64,000 bases of DNA from the human T2T-CHM13v2.0 reference genome, Homo sapiens (GCF_009914755.1 NC_060948.1), one strand, 5' to 3'; shown: positions 13,102-27,200, counted from the first letter of the stretch. Numbers and translations are program-made. Notes: generated by a model from the sequence alone, not told the origin.

Positions 13102-13683
13102 TGTTATAGGAACAACAGATTTATAAACCCACTACACAGTAATGCACCAATGCACAAAAGCAACAGTGTTTGCAGCAGAGAAAGATTTTAATAATCACAG
13201 GGTGCTGAGTGAAGAGATGGGAGGGACATTCAGATCCATCTCCTTGGAGATGGATCTTGGCTGAAGCTTTTAAGGGGATCGTGGAAGGCAAGGGGCTAGA
13301 ACATTGGGGTCATTCATTGGTCAGTGTAAGGGAGATGAAATCATCAGGGTGTGCCAATGGCATTCTTTGGTGAGTCAACTCCTTGCAGGGTCCTTTAGAC
13401 CAACTGGCATCAGTCATTTTATTATTGTTTGGTATGCAGGATGTGAAAGAATATCTCAAAGGAGAACTTCACTTTTCACAATGCTTAAGTTGTTGTTTAT
13501 AAAGCAGTTATGGGGAGCTATAATCTAAACTCAGACAATAGATACCAAAGCACTATGAAGAAGCCAGTCGGAGAGCTAGCTGACCTAGGGATTAATGCTA
13601 AATATACTGCAAGCTTGCTTTAGTTTGTTTCTACCTCTCCATTTTTCTATGATTATTTTTGTAAAGTTATAGGGATGGTAACA
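13102..13683 (-). mobile_element. ERV1 solo LTR, LTR26-like
   Basis: TG...CA termini; minus strand starts TGTTACCATCCCTATAACTTTA...AAGCTTGCAG...AGCATTAAT...AGGTCAGCT, as in the recalled LTR26 consensus. Confidence 0.75.
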
Positions 13684-14069
13684 CTGGTGGGAAATTCAAG
13701 GAAGGGTGGAGAATAAAGATTGGTTTCTCTTTCTCTAGTGTGGTCCCTGTGAGGACGTCTAGGGCTGAGATGACCTCAACAGAGAAGACACCTAGTTATC
13801 TTCTAAAGGCTGCTAGAGGCAAACCAAGAAAGACTTCCTGCATGGTTTATGGCCTCCCTACACATGTGTCTAATTAATAAAACAACAGCACGACTCTTTC
13901 ACAGAAAATCCTAATTTGAATATGCCCTTTGTTTCACTATAGGGCACCATTTTCCTAGCATGCCTTGTAGGCAGACACACTTCCGAGGTGATGAATTCCT
14001 GAATTATTCATAGAATGTGGATTTGTGAATGCTAGCATTTCAGGATAAAATGTACCAACCATTTGGTGC

Positions 14070-14310
14070 AGATAAGTGTATGAGATCTGTTGCACAGTAG
14101 GTTGACTATAGTTAATAGTAATGAGTTGTGTATTTCAAAATTGCTAAGACAGGAAATGTCAAATGGTCTTGACACAAAAAAATAAGTATTTGAGGTGATG
14201 GGTAGGTTAATACACTTGATTTAATTATTCCATATTATAAACATATATCAAAACATCACATTATACTCCATAAATATATATAATTATAACTTATCAACCA
14301 AAACTTTGAA
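14070..14310 (+). mobile_element. L1MA 3' end
   Basis: GACTATAGTTAATA...TTTCAAAATTGCTAAGA...GAGGTGATGG...CAAAACATCACATT. Confidence 0.8.
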
Positions 14311-14448
14311 AATTAAATAATTTAGTTAATTGAATAAAAGGCTTTTTAATATGAAAGCATCAGTAGATGTTGAGGTCTGGCCACAGAATCATTTTACTGA
14401 GGTGTGTTTTCAGGTTGCACATCAGGTTGATGCTCTGTAAGTACGGTA

Positions 14449-14733
14449 TTATTTTGTTTTTGTTTTTTTGAGTCTCACTGTGTTGTCCAGGCTGGAGTGC
14501 AATGGTGCAATCTCCAGTAACTGCAACCTCCAACTCCTAGGTTCAAGCAATTCTCCTGTCTCAGCCACATGAGTGGCTGGGATTACAGACATCCATCACC
14601 ATGCTTGGCTAATTTTTGAGACAGAGTTTCACCATGTTGGCCAGGTGGGTCACCAACTACTAACCTCAAGTGATCCACCTACCTTGGCCTTCTAAAGTGC
14701 TGGAATCACAGGCATGAGCCACCGCAACTGCCC
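14449..14733 (-). mobile_element. AluS
   Basis: Alu dimer with linker deletion; TSD AAGTACGGT/AAGTATGGT. Confidence 0.9.
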
Positions 14734-14775
14734 AAGTATGGTTTTTGAACATGAACATAGTCAGCAACTCCTGAC

Positions 14776-15082
14776 TTTATTATTTATTATTACTTTATTA
14801 TTATTTGAAGAGGCATAGTCTCTCTGTCTGTCATCCACTGGAGTACAGTGGTGCAGTGATGGCTCACTGCATCCTCCACTGGTCTCAAGTGATCCTCTTA
14901 CATTTGCCTTCAAATTGGCTGGGACCACAGGTATGCACCACTACACCTGACTAATTTTTTCTATTTTCTGTATAGATGATGTCTCACTATGTTACTCAGG
15001 CTGGTTTCAAACTCCTAGCCTGAAGAAATTTTCGTTTCTGGGCCTCCTAAAGAGCTGGGATTACAGGCCACCACACCTAACC
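14776..15082 (-). mobile_element. AluJ
   Basis: diverged Alu dimer with (TTA)n tail. Confidence 0.85.
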
Positions 15083-18000
15083 TAGCATCCCTCACTTTAA
15101 ATAAATACATATCAAATGCATAGTAAGAGTCTAGATATCATATGTATAGTCATAAGTCATTTGACTCTAAACCTTTTTTATTTGCATAGATGGTTCACAC
15201 TCAAAATTTACCATTAATTCCAATTTATGATAGTAAGTTGTATGTCTGGCCACATAAGTATAGCAAACACACTGTTTCTGTATTTAGGTTTGCCATTTAT
15301 TTATGTATTTATTTATTATACTTTAAGTTGTGGGATATAAGTGCTGAATGTGCAGGTTTGTTACATAGGTATATGCACGTAATGGTGGTTTGCTGCACCC
15401 ATCAGCCCATCATCTACATTAGGTATTCCTTCTAATACTATCCCTCCCCTATGCCCCCAACCCCCAACAGGCCCCAGTGTGTGATGTTGCCCTCCCTGTG
15501 TCTACGTGTTTTCATTGCTCAACTCCCACTTACGAGTGAGAACATGCCGTGTTTGGTTTACTGTTCCTGTGTTAGTTTGCTGAAAATGATGTTTCCCAGC
15601 TTCATCCATGTCACTGCAAATGACATGAACTCCCCCTTTTTTATGGCTACATAGTATTCCATGCTGTATATGTGCCACATTTACTTTGTCCAGTTTATCG
15701 CTGATTGGCATTTGGGTTGGTTTCAAGTCTTTTCTATTGTGAACAGTGCCGCAATAAACATATGTGTGCATGTGTCTTTATAGTAGAATGATTTTTAATC
15801 CTTTAGGTATATACCCAGTAATGAGATTGCTGGGTTAAATCATATTTGTGGTTCTAGATCCTTGAGAATCACCACACTGTCTTCCATGGTGGTCAACTAA
15901 TTTACACTCCCACCAACAGTGCAAAAACTTTCCTATTTCTCCACATCCTCTTCAGCATCTGTTGTTTCCTGACATTCTAATGATCACCATTCTAAGAGGT
16001 GTGAGATGATACCACATTGTGCTTTTGATCTGCATTTCTTCAATGACCAGTGATAATGAACTTTTTCTCATATGTCTGTTGGCTGCATAAATGTCTTATT
16101 TTGAGAAGTGCCTGTTCTTATCCTTTGTCCAATCTCTGATGGTGTTGTTTTTTCTTGTAAATTTGCTTAAGTTTCTTATAGATTCCGGATATTAGCCCTT
16201 TGTCAGATGGATAGAAAGCAATAATTTTCTCCCATTCTATAAATTTACTGTTCATTCTGATGATAGTTGCTTTAGCTGTGCAGCAGCTCTTTAGTTTAAA
16301 TAGATTTCATTTGTCAATTTTGGCTTAGTTGCTGTTGCTTTTGGTGTTTTTGTTGTGAAGTTTTGGGCCATGCTTATGTCCTGAATGGTATTGCCTAAGT
16401 TTTTTTCTAGAGTTTTTATGGTTTTAGGTTTTATGTTTAAGTCTTTAATCCATCTTGAGTTAATTTTTGTATAAGGATTAAGGAAGGGGTCCAATTTTAA
16501 TTTTCTGCATATGGCCAGCCAGTTTTCCCAACATCATTTATTTAATAGGGAATTCTTTCCTCATTCCTTGTTATTGTCAGGTTTATCAAAGAACAAATGG
16601 TTGTAGATGTGTGGTATTATTTCTGGAACCTCTGTTCTTTTCCATTGGTCTCTTTATCTGTTTTGTATCAGTATCATGCTCTTTTGGTTACTGTATCCTT
16701 GAAGTTACATAGCAGAATGCCTCCAGCTTTGTTCTTTTTGCTTAGGATTGTCTTGGGTATATGGGCTCCTTTTTAGGTTCTATATGAAATTTAAAGTAGT
16801 TTTTCCTAATTCTGTTAAGAAAGTCAATGTTATATTGATGGGGATAGCATTATATGTATACATTACTTTGGGCACTATGGCCATTTTCACAATATTGATA
16901 TTTCCTATCCATGAGCATGGAAAGTTTTTCCATTTGTTTATGTCCTTTCTTATTTCCTTGAGCAGTGCTTTGTAGTTCTGCTGGAAGAGGTCCTTCATCT
17001 CCCTTGTAAGTTGTATTCCTAGCTATTTCATTCTCTGTAGCAGTTGTGAATGGGAGTTAACTCATGATTTGGCTCTCTTTCTATTATTAGCATATAGGAA
17101 TGCTTGTGATTTTTGCACATTGATTTTGTATCCTGAGACTTTGCTGAAGTTGCTTATCAGGTTAAGAAGATTTGGGGCTGAGACGATGGGGTTTTCTAAA
17201 TATACAATCATGTCATCTACAAACAGAGACAATTTGACTTCCTGTTTTCCTATTTGAATACCCTTTATTTCTTTCTCTTTCCTGGTTGCCCTGGCCAGAA
17301 CTTTCAATACTATGTTGAATAGGAATGGTGAGAGAGGTCATTCTTGTCATGTGCCAGCTTTAAAAGGGAATGCTTCCAGTTTTTACCCATTCGGTATGAT
17401 ATTGGCTATGGGTTTGTTACAAATAGTCCTTATGATTTTGATGTACATTCCATCAATATCTAGTTTATTGAACATTTTTAGCATGAAAGAGATTTAAATT
17501 TTATTGAACACCTCTTCCACATTTATTGAAATAATCATGAGTTTTTTGGTCATTGTTTCTGTTTATGTGATGGATTACATTTATTGATTTGTGCATGTTG
17601 AACCTGCCTTGCATCCCAGGGATGAAGCCAACTTGATTGTCGTGGATAAGCTTTTTGATTTGCTGCTGGATTCAGTTTGCCAGTATTTTATTGAGAATTT
17701 TTCCTTTGATGTTCATCAAATATACTGGCCTGAAATTTCCTTTTTCTATTGTGTCTCTACCAGGTTTTGGTATCAGGATAATGCTGGCCTCATAAAATGA
17801 GTTAGGGAGGATTCTTGTTGTCTATTGCTTGGAATAGTTTCAGAGGGAATAGTCCTAGCTTCTCTTTGTACCTCTCATAGAATTTGGCTGTTAATATGTC
17901 TGGACCTGGGCTTTTTTTATATCTGGTAGGCTATTACTTACTGCCTCAATTTCAAAATTTGTTATTGGTCTACTCAGGGATTCAACTTCTTCCTGGTTTA

Positions 18001-19689
18001 GTCTTTGGAGGGTGCATGTGTCCAGGAATTTATCCATTTCTTCTAGATTTTTAGTTTATTTGTGTAGAGTTATTTTTAGTATTCTCTGACGGTATTTCTG
18101 TGGGATCAGTGGTGACATCTTTATCATTTATTAGTGTGTCTATTTCATTCTTCTTTCTTTTCTTCTTTATTAGTCTGTTTAGTGGTCTATAAATTTTATT
18201 AATATTTTCAAAAAACCAGCTCCTGGATTCGTTGGTTTATTGAATGGTTTTTTCTGTCTCTATCTACTTCTGCTAATCTTAGTTATTTCTTGTCTTCTGC
18301 TAGCTTTTTAATTTTCTTGCTATTGCTTCTCTAGTTCTTATATTTGTGATATTAGGGTGTTGATTTTAGATCTTTTCTACTTTCTCCTGTGGGCTTATAA
18401 TGCTATAAATTTCCCTCTAAATGCTGCTTTAGCTATGGCCCAGAGATCCTGGTACATTTTGTCTTTGTTCTCATTTGTTTCAAATAGCTTGTTTATTTCT
18501 GCCTTAATTTTGTTATTTATCCAGTGGTCATTCAGGAGCAGGTTGTTCAGTTTCCATGTAGTCATGCAGTATTGAGTAAGTTTCTTAATCCTGAGTTTTA
18601 ATTTGATGGCACTGTGGTCTGAGAGACTGTTTGTTATGACTTTCCTTAATTGAATTTGCTATGGAGTGTTTCACTTCCAGTTATGTGGTCAATTTTAGAA
18701 TAAGTGTGATGTGTTGCTAAGAATGTATATTCTGTCAATTTTGGTTGGAGAGTTCTGTACATATCTATTAGGTTTTCTTCATCCAGAGCTCAAGTCCTGA
18801 ATATCCTTGTTAATTTTCTTTCTCATTGTTCTGTCTAATATGACAGATAGGTGTTATTGTCTTCCACTATTATTGTATGGGGGTCTAAGTATCTTTGTAG
18901 GTCTCTAAGAACTTGCTATATGAATCTGGGTTCCCTTGTATAGGGTGCGTACATACTTAAGATTGTTAGCTCTTTTTGTTACATTGATCCTTTTACCATT
19001 ATTTAATGCCATTCTTTCTTTTTATTGATCTTTGTTGGTTTAAAGTCTGTTATATCAGAGACAAGGATTGCATCTTCTGCTTTTTTTGGCTTTGCTTGGT
19101 AAATATTTCTCCATCCCTTTATTTTGAGCCTATATGTGTCTTTGCACATGAGATGGGTCTCTTGAATACAGCACACAAGTGGATCTTGACTCTATTTAAT
19201 TTGCCAGTCTATGTCTTTTAATTGAGGCAGTTAGCCCATTTACATTTAATGTTAATATTATTATGTGTGAATTTGTCCCAGTCATTATGATACTAGCTGG
19301 TTATTTTGCCATATAGTACATGCAGTTTCTTCCTAGTGTCAATGGTCTTTACATTTTGGTATGTTTTAGCTGTGGCTGGTACTGGTTTTTACTTTCCACA
19401 GTTATTACTTCCTTCAGGAGCTCTTGTAAGGTAGGACTGGTGGTGGCAAAGTCTCTCAGCATTTGGTTATCTGTAAATGATTTTAGTTTTCCTCCTCTTA
19501 TGAAGCTAAATTTGGCTGGATATGAAATCCTGGGTTGAAAATTCTTTTATTTAAGGCTGTTGAATATTGTACTCCACTTATTGGCTTGTAGGGTTTCTCC
19601 TAAGAGCTCTTCTGTTGGTCTGTGGGCTTGTCTTTGTGAGTAACGTGGCCTTTCTTTTGGCTGCCCTTAACATTTCTTTTCTTTCATTT

Positions 19690-20220
19690 TGAAAGGTGAA
19701 GCCTGGTGGGCTTCTGGGTCAGGTGGGGACTTGGAGAACTTTTATTTCTGGCTAAAGGATTGTAAATGCACCAATCAGCCCTCTGTGTCTAACTAAATGT
19801 TTGTAAATGCACCAATTAGCACTCTATCAAAATGGACCAATCAGCTCTCTTTAAAATGAACCAATCAGCAGTATGTGGGTGGGGCCAAATAAGGGAATAA
19901 AAGCTGGCTGCCTGAGCTAGCAGCAGCAATCTGCTTGGGTCCTCTTCCATACCGTGGAAGCTTTGTTCTTTCACTCTTCGCAGTAAATCTTGCTGCTGCT
20001 CATTCTTTGGGTCCACACTGCCTTTAAGAGCTGTAACGCTCACCGCGAAGGTATGCAGCTTCACTCCTGCAGCCAGTGAGACCACGAACCCACCAGGAGG
20101 AATGAACAACTCTGGATGTGCTGCCTTCATGAGCTGTAACACTCACCACAAGTGTCGTCAGCTTCATTCTTGAAGTCAGCGAGACCAAGAACCCACTGGA
20201 AGGAATTAATTCCAGACACA
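19690..20220 (+). mobile_element. LTR12F-like (HERV9) solo LTR
   Basis: TG...CA ends, repeated CCAAT boxes, duplicated GAGCTGTAAC(A/G)CTCACC units, 4-bp TSD ATTT at 19686-19689 and 20221-20224. Confidence 0.93.
19770..19903 (+). promoter_or_regulatory. LTR12 U3 promoter motifs (4 CCAAT boxes, GC box, AATAAAA TATA-like)
   Basis: CCAAT near 19771, 19812, 19837 and 19861; GGGTGGGGC near 19877; AATAAAA near 19896. Activity not shown. Confidence 0.6.
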
Positions 20221-22106
20221 ATTTCAACCTTCGTGAATCTGATGATTTTGTATCTTTGGGTTGCTCTTTTGAGGAGTATTTTTGTGGTGTTCTCTGTATT
20301 TCCTGAATTTGAATGCTGGCCTGTCTTTCTAGGTTGGGGAAGGTCTCCTGGATAATATCCTAAAGAGTGTTTTTCAACTTGGTTCTATTCTCCCCATCAC
20401 TTTCAGGTTCACCAGTCAAACATATGTTTTGTCTTTTCACATAGTTCTGTATTTCATGGAGGCTTTCTTCATTCCTTTTTATTCTTTTTCAAGATTAGAT
20501 TTGCTATTTAGTTCAGAACATTTAACTTTAAAATTTCACACAAATGGAAAAAAAGAAATTCTTTAATTTCTCCCAGCAACTGCAGGGAAAACCACACATT
20601 ATTTCTGGGTTTTAAACACCACCATGAACACCACTGTATTTCTTTTCATCACAGAGGATTATTATTGATGGTGGCCCTTCTGCTGGAAATAAAAATTGTC
20701 TTCTGGTTATTTCACAGTAGCCCATGATATTAGATGTCAGTTTGGATGCTGGAATGATTGCTGATAGCTCTCTCATTCTAGCATGAGGGACAAGACAGTA
20801 GCAGTGCTGCCTTCTGTGTCTAAACTGAGCTCAATTCAGGGATCTCCTTTGAAACACTTTCTGTTAGTTCTGTTGGCCCATGGAAGAATCTACTAATATG
20901 GGTCTTTCCAGAGAACACAGATACATTACTATAGTTCATTGACAGGAAATTATCTTGGATGCAGTGAGTCTCCCAGGGCAATTTCAGAACACAAGAGTCT
21001 ATTCTGAATTTACCCTTCCCTTGACCTTTCATCAGTTTGTTGAAACATCTTTATTTCCCTCAGATTTGGATAAATTAAATAACCTAGTGACAGCACTGGA
21101 GAAAACTTCTGGAAATGCAGGCAATAAAGTGTCAAATGCAAGCAGTCATCAATAGAACCAGCCATCCACCCCCAGCTTGATGCATCTAAGAGCACTGTAT
21201 GTAGTTTTTGCATGTATTTAATAATATTTTTTTCCGATGTTTATCGAGGCTCCACCAATGGTAAGAAATGCCTTGGAGACTGCAGCTTTGATATTCTGCA
21301 GTTGTATTTAAGGATAACATAATATATAAATGGTATATTCCATATTAAAAGGTCTCCTTGAGTTCCATCAGACATTTTTTCAGAAGAAATAGAAGGCAGA
21401 AAAATGTTAGATGAGGAAGTTATGTGGGTGACAAGAGGCTTTCTTAGCTCTTCGTTGTTGTCTGCGAAAGAATTCCACCTAAATTAATACTGTTAAATGG
21501 ATTTTCCTTTCCATTAACAGACACACTGTTAATGTAGCCTTGATAATCAAGGCACTCAAAACTGTAAGACTCTAATTACTTCTTGTTTGAAAAGGCTAAT
21601 AAATGTTCTGTATTCATATTTAGAATAAAAGATTGGATTTGCACATTTTATCTTACCATTAATATAGCACAAATAAACATTTTCATTCTTTATAAATCTA
21701 TGTATCAGCCCAGTTTTAGCTACTGACCTTGACTATAAGTTAATGGCTTTTAATATGTAGCATGCCAGCGTGGATTGCAAAGCTTTTTATTCCTTAGGAA
21801 AGAGTGTTTGTGAAGGAGTGGTGGGGATGGATGATGTATTAATTATCTTTTGTTGCACAACAAATAGTCAAAGAGTTAGTAACTTAAATCGTCTTTCTTT
21901 CTTTCTTTCACGGCTTCTTCAATGAAGGTGTCAGTAAGTAGTGCTCTCAAACTGAACACTTGGATGGGGAAGAAGCTGATTTCAATCTCCATTGAATTGA
22001 TGGCAGAAATCATTTCCTGGTGACTGAAAAGTTCTTGGCAACTTGCACCTTCAAAGCCAGGAAGCTTGGAGATGCTGACTTCGGGGTAGTTCCAGGCCCT
22101 AATTCA

Positions 22107-22469
22107 TTTTTTATTTTATTTTATTTTATTTTATTTTATTTTATTTTATTTTATTTTATTTTATTTTATTTTATTTTTATTTTATTATTTTTTGAGACAG
22201 AGTCTCACTCTTTTGCCCAGGTTGGAGGTCAGTGACACAACCACAGCTCACTGCAGCCTTGATTTCCTTGACTTTCTGCCTCAGTCTCCTGAGTAGTTGG
22301 GATTACAGTTGTGAGCCACCAAACCCAGCCAATTTTTGTATTTTTTGTGGAGATGAGGTTTCACTATGTTGCCTAGGCTTGTTTCAAACTCTTAGGCTCA
22401 AGCAATCCACCCACCTGCCTCTACCTCCCAAAGTGCTGGGATTAAAGATGTGAGACATCATGCCTGGCC
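22107..22469 (-). mobile_element. AluJ with (TTTTA)~13 tail
   Basis: pentanucleotide array 22109-22173 followed by Alu body. Confidence 0.9.
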
Positions 22470-23312
22470 AGGTCAGGATGGCACAAAGGCAGAGAGAGGC
22501 AGGCAGAATATGGAAGGCCCTATTTGTTTGAAGACATCTATGGAATCATGAAAACTTGAGATTTGGAGAGGATGGTCTTAAAGGGAATAGGATTAGATTT
22601 TAGGGTTAAGTCCAGACTCACTAGGGTATGATGGGAGACCTGGCTACATAAAATTGAGATCTCCAAGCATTCCACACTCCAGGTAGGACAAAAACGATGA
22701 TAGAATAAATCTTTCCACATCCTCAATCCCTAAAAGACTGCAAGTTGTTTTGATGCAAAGTAGAGAGAGGTTAAATTACATTTCATACTTCCCCCAAATC
22801 TGTAATGCAGTATTGGTCAATTCAGCACAGTTAATCTCAATAGACAAATAACAAAAACACTCAACCAAGAATGTTATCAGAGAAATACTTTAAGGCCTTG
22901 TATAATAAGAGGACATATGGAAAATTTTAAAAAAATATTTTTCTTTATTTTGAAACAAATTTTTCTTTAAAAGTTTTTGTAAAAGATGCCACGCATATCA
23001 TGCAGTAACTAATTGAATGAATTCAAACATGATCTACTTTCAACCCCATTTTAAAAACAATCCTTTCTAATAGACAGTATATTTTATTTCACATCATTTT
23101 GATTCAAGAAGTCAAAAAAGTAATTAATTTCATATGAAAATAGAAATGTATACTATGAAAACTTAGGTGATAAATAAAGGTTTTCAGAATGATACTAATA
23201 TGTCAAATCAACACTTGAATTCCTGAGAAAAATTTACTTTGTTAGGTTGCATTGTCGTTTTAATACACTGCTGGAAGTATTTACTAAATTTTGCTCTGTT
23301 TCTTTTCCTGTC

Positions 23313-24217
23313 TTTTTATTATTATTATTATACTTTAAGTTCTGGGGTACATGTGCAGAACGTGCAGGTTTGTTACATAGGTATACATGAGCCATGGTGG
23401 TTTGCTGCACTCATCAACCCGTGATGTACATTAGGTATTTCTCCTAATGCTATGCCTCCTATCCTCTCCCTTAACCCCCTACCCCCCAACAGACCTCAGT
23501 GTGTGATGTTTCCCTCTTTGTGTCCATGTGTTTTCACTGCTCAACTCCCTCTTATGAGTGAGAACATGTGGTATTTGGTTTTCTGTTCTTGTGTTCTGTC
23601 TTTTCTGAGAATGATGGTTTCCAGCTTCATCCATGTCGCTGCAAAAGACATGAACTCATCCTTTTTTATGGCTGCATAGTATTTCATGCTTTATATGTGC
23701 CACATTTTCTTTATCCTATCTATCACTCCAGGGCATTTGGGTTGGTTCCAAGTCTTTGCTATTGTGAAAAGTGCTGCATAAACCTACGTGTGCACGTGTC
23801 TTTATAGTAGCATGATTTATAATCCTGTGGGTACATACCCAGTAATGGGATGTCTGGGTCAAATGGTATTTCTAGTTCTACATCCTTGAGGAATCACCAC
23901 ACTGTCTTCCACAATGGTTGAACTAATTTACACTCCCACCAACTGTAAATGTGTAAAAGCTTTCCTATTTCTCCACTTTCTGTCCAGTATCTGTTGTTTT
24001 CTGACTTTTTAATGATCACTATTCTAACTGGAGTGAGATGGTATCTAATTTTGGTTTTGATTTGCATTTCTGTAATGACCAGTGATGATGAGCATTTTTT
24101 CACATATTTGTTGGGTGCATAAATGTCTTCTTCTGAGAAGTCTGTGTTCATATCCTTCGCCATTTGTTGACGGGGTTGTTTGTTTTCTTGTAAATTGTTT
24201 AAGTTATTTGTATATTC
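23313..24217 (-). mobile_element. L1PA8-like 3' segment (~0.9 kb)
   Basis: T-rich tail, TTCTGGGGTACATGTGCAGAACGTGCAGG terminus, ORF2 C-terminal fragment (RYHLTPVRI). Confidence 0.93.
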
Positions 24218-27200
24218 TGTTCATCAGGAATACTAGCTTGAAATTTAATTTTTTTGTTATCTCTCTGCCAGGTTTTGGTACTAGGATGATGCTGACCTCA
24301 TAAAATGAGTTACGAAGGATTCCTTCTCTTTCTATTGTTTGGAATAGTTTCAGAAGGAGAGGTACCTGCTCCCCTTTGTACCTCTGGTAGAATTAGGCTC
24401 CGAATATGTCTAGACCCGCAATTTTATTGGTTGGTAGGTTACTAATTGCTGCATTAATTTCAGAACTTGTTATTGGTCCATTCAAGGATTCGACTTCTTC
24501 CTGGTTTAGTCTTGGGAGGATGCATGTGACCAGGAACTTATCCTTTTCTTCTAGGTTGTCTATTTTATTTATGCAGTGGTATTTATAGTATTATCTGATG
24601 GTAGTTTGTATTTCTGTTGGATTGGTGGTGATAACCACTTTATCATATTTTTTATTGCATCTATTTGATTCTTCTCTTTTCTTCTTCCTTATTAGCCTGG
24701 CTTGAAGTCCATCCATTTTGTTGATCTTTTCAAAAAAAAAAAAAAACACCTCCTGGATTCATTGATTTTTTTGAAGGGTGTTTTGTTTCTCTGTCTCCTT
24801 CAGGTCTTCTCTGATTTAGTTATTTGTTGCCATGTGCTGGCTTTGAATTTGTTTGCTTCTGCTTCTCTGTTTCTTTCTTTCTTTTTTTTTTTTTATTATA
24901 CTTTAAGTTTTAGGGTACATGAGCACAATCTGCCGGTTAGTTACATATGTATACATGTGCCATGCTGGTGTTCTGCAACCACTAACTTGTCATTTAGCAT
25001 TAGGTATATCTCCTAATGCTATGCCTCTCCCTCCCCCCACCCTACAACAGTCCCCAGAGAGTGATGTTCCCCTTTCTGTGTCCATGTGTTCTCATTGTTC
25101 AATTCCCACCTATGAGCTAGAATATGCGGTGTTTGGTTTTTTGTTCTTGTGACAGTTTACTGAGAATGATGATTTCCAATTTCATCCATGTCCCTACAAA
25201 GGACATGAACTCATCATTGTTTATGGCTGCATAGTATTCCATGGTGTATATGTGCCACATTTTCTTAATCCAGTCTATTATTATTGGACATTTGGGTTGG
25301 TTCTAAGTCTTTGCTATTGTGAATAGTGCCGCAATAAACATACGTGTGCATGTGTCTTTATAGCAGCATGATTTATAGTCCTTTGGGTATATACCCAGTA
25401 ATGTGATGGCTGGGTCAAATGGTATTTCCAGTTCTAGATCCCTGAGGAATCGCCACACTGACTTCCACAATGGTTGAACTAGTTTACAGTCCCACCAACA
25501 GTGTAAAGCTGTTCCTATTTCTCCACATCCTCTCCAGTACCTGTTGTTTCCTGACTTTTCAATGATTGCTATTCTAACTGGTGTGAGATGGTATCTCATT
25601 GTGGTTTTGATTTTCATTTCTCTGATGGCCAGTGATTGTGAGCATTTTTTCATGTGTTTTTTGGCTGCATAAATGTCTTTTGAGAAGTGTCTGTTCATAT
25701 CCTTCACCCACTTTTTGATGGGGTTGTTTGTTTTTTTCTTGTAAATGTGTTTGATTTCATCATAGATTCTGGATATTAGCCCTTTGTCAGATGAGTAGGT
25801 TGCAAAAATTTTCTCCCATTTTGTAGGTTGCCTGTTCACTGTGATGGTAGTTTTGTTTGCTGTGCAGAAGCTCTTCAGTTGAATTAGATCCCATTTGTCA
25901 ATTTTGGCTTTTGTTGCCATTGCTTTTGGTGTTTTAGACATGAAGTCCTTGCCCATGCCTATGTCCTGAATGGTAATGCCTAGGTTTTCTTCTAGGATTT
26001 TTATGGTTTTAGTTCTAACATGTAAGTCTTTAATCCATCTTGAATTAATTTTGTATAAGGGGTAAGGAAGGGATCCAGTTTCAGCTTTCTACATATGGCT
26101 AGCCAGTTTTCCCAGCACCATTTATTAAATAGGGAATCCTTTCCCCATTTCTGTTTTTCTCAGGTTTGTCAAAGATCAGATAGTTGTAGATAAGCAGCAC
26201 TATTTCTGAGGGCTCTGTTCTGTTCCATTGATCTATATCTCTGTTTTGGTACCAGTAGCATGCTGTTTTGGTTACTGTAGCCTTGTAGTATAGTTTGAAG
26301 TTAGGTAGCATGATGCCTCCAGCTTTGTTCTTTTGGCTTAGGATTCACTTGGTGATGCGGGCTCTTTTTTGGTTCCATACTAACTTTAAAGTAGCTTTTT
26401 CCAATTCTGTGAAGAAAGTCATTGGTAGCTTGATAGGGATGAAATTGAATCTATAAATTACCTTGGGCAGTATGGCCATTTTCATGACAGTGATTCTTCC
26501 TACCCATGAGCATGGAATGTTCTCCGTTTCTTTTAACTGTGATGTTATGGTGTCAATTTTAAATCTTTCCAGCTCTCTCTTGTGGGCATTTATTGCTATA
26601 AATTTCCCTCTACACACTGCTTTAATTGTGTCCCAAAACTTTTGATACATCTTGTCTTTTTTCTCATTGTTTTCAAAGAACATCTTTATTTCTGACTTCA
26701 TTTCATTATTTACTTAGTAATCATTCAGGAGCAGGTTGTTCCGTTTCCATGCTGTTGTGTGGTTTTAAGTGAGTTTCATAATCCTGGGTTCTAATTTGAT
26801 TGCACTGTGGTCTGAGAAACTCTTTGTTATGATTTCCATTATTTTGCACTTGCTGAGGAGTGTTTTACTTCCAATTTTATGATCAATTTGAGAATAAGTG
26901 TGATATGGTGCTGAGAAGAATGTATATTCTGTTGATTTGGCATGGAGAGTTCTATAGATGTCTATTAGCTCTGCTTTGTCAAGAGCTGAGTTCAGGCATT
27001 GGATGTCCTTTTTAGTTTTTTGTTTTGTTGATCTGTCTAATATTGACAGTGGGGTGTTAAAGTCTCCCACTATTATTGTGTGGGAGTCTAAGTTTCTTTC
27101 TAGGTCTCTAAATATCTGCTTTAGGAATCTGGGTGCTCCTGTGTTGGGTGCATATACATTTAGGACTGTTAGCTATTCTTGTTGCATTGATGCCTTTACC

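Larger units (their letters stand above)
15300..20494 (-). mobile_element. L1PA8-10-like LINE-1, 5'-truncated in ORF1, ORF2 disrupted; interrupted by LTR12F
   Basis: 3'UTR at 15300-15600; ORF2 fragments ([34 protein letters not shown]); TSD TTAGGTTTGCCATTTA 15284-15299 / TTAGATTTGCTATTTA 20495-20510. Confidence 0.95.

Noticed and set aside
20640-21320. Unique sequence with three overlapping short ORFs, possible processed pseudogene
   Set aside because: Stops in the frames examined, no recognisable protein, no poly-A or TSD
25303-25956. Longest ORF (217 aa) and other L1-like ORFs
   Set aside because: Fragments of L1 ORF2 in truncated, frameshifted elements; not host genes
26345-26701. 118-aa ORF that looks like a fusion protein (also 52977-53297)
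   Set aside because: Chance read-through across nested-insertion or inversion junctions
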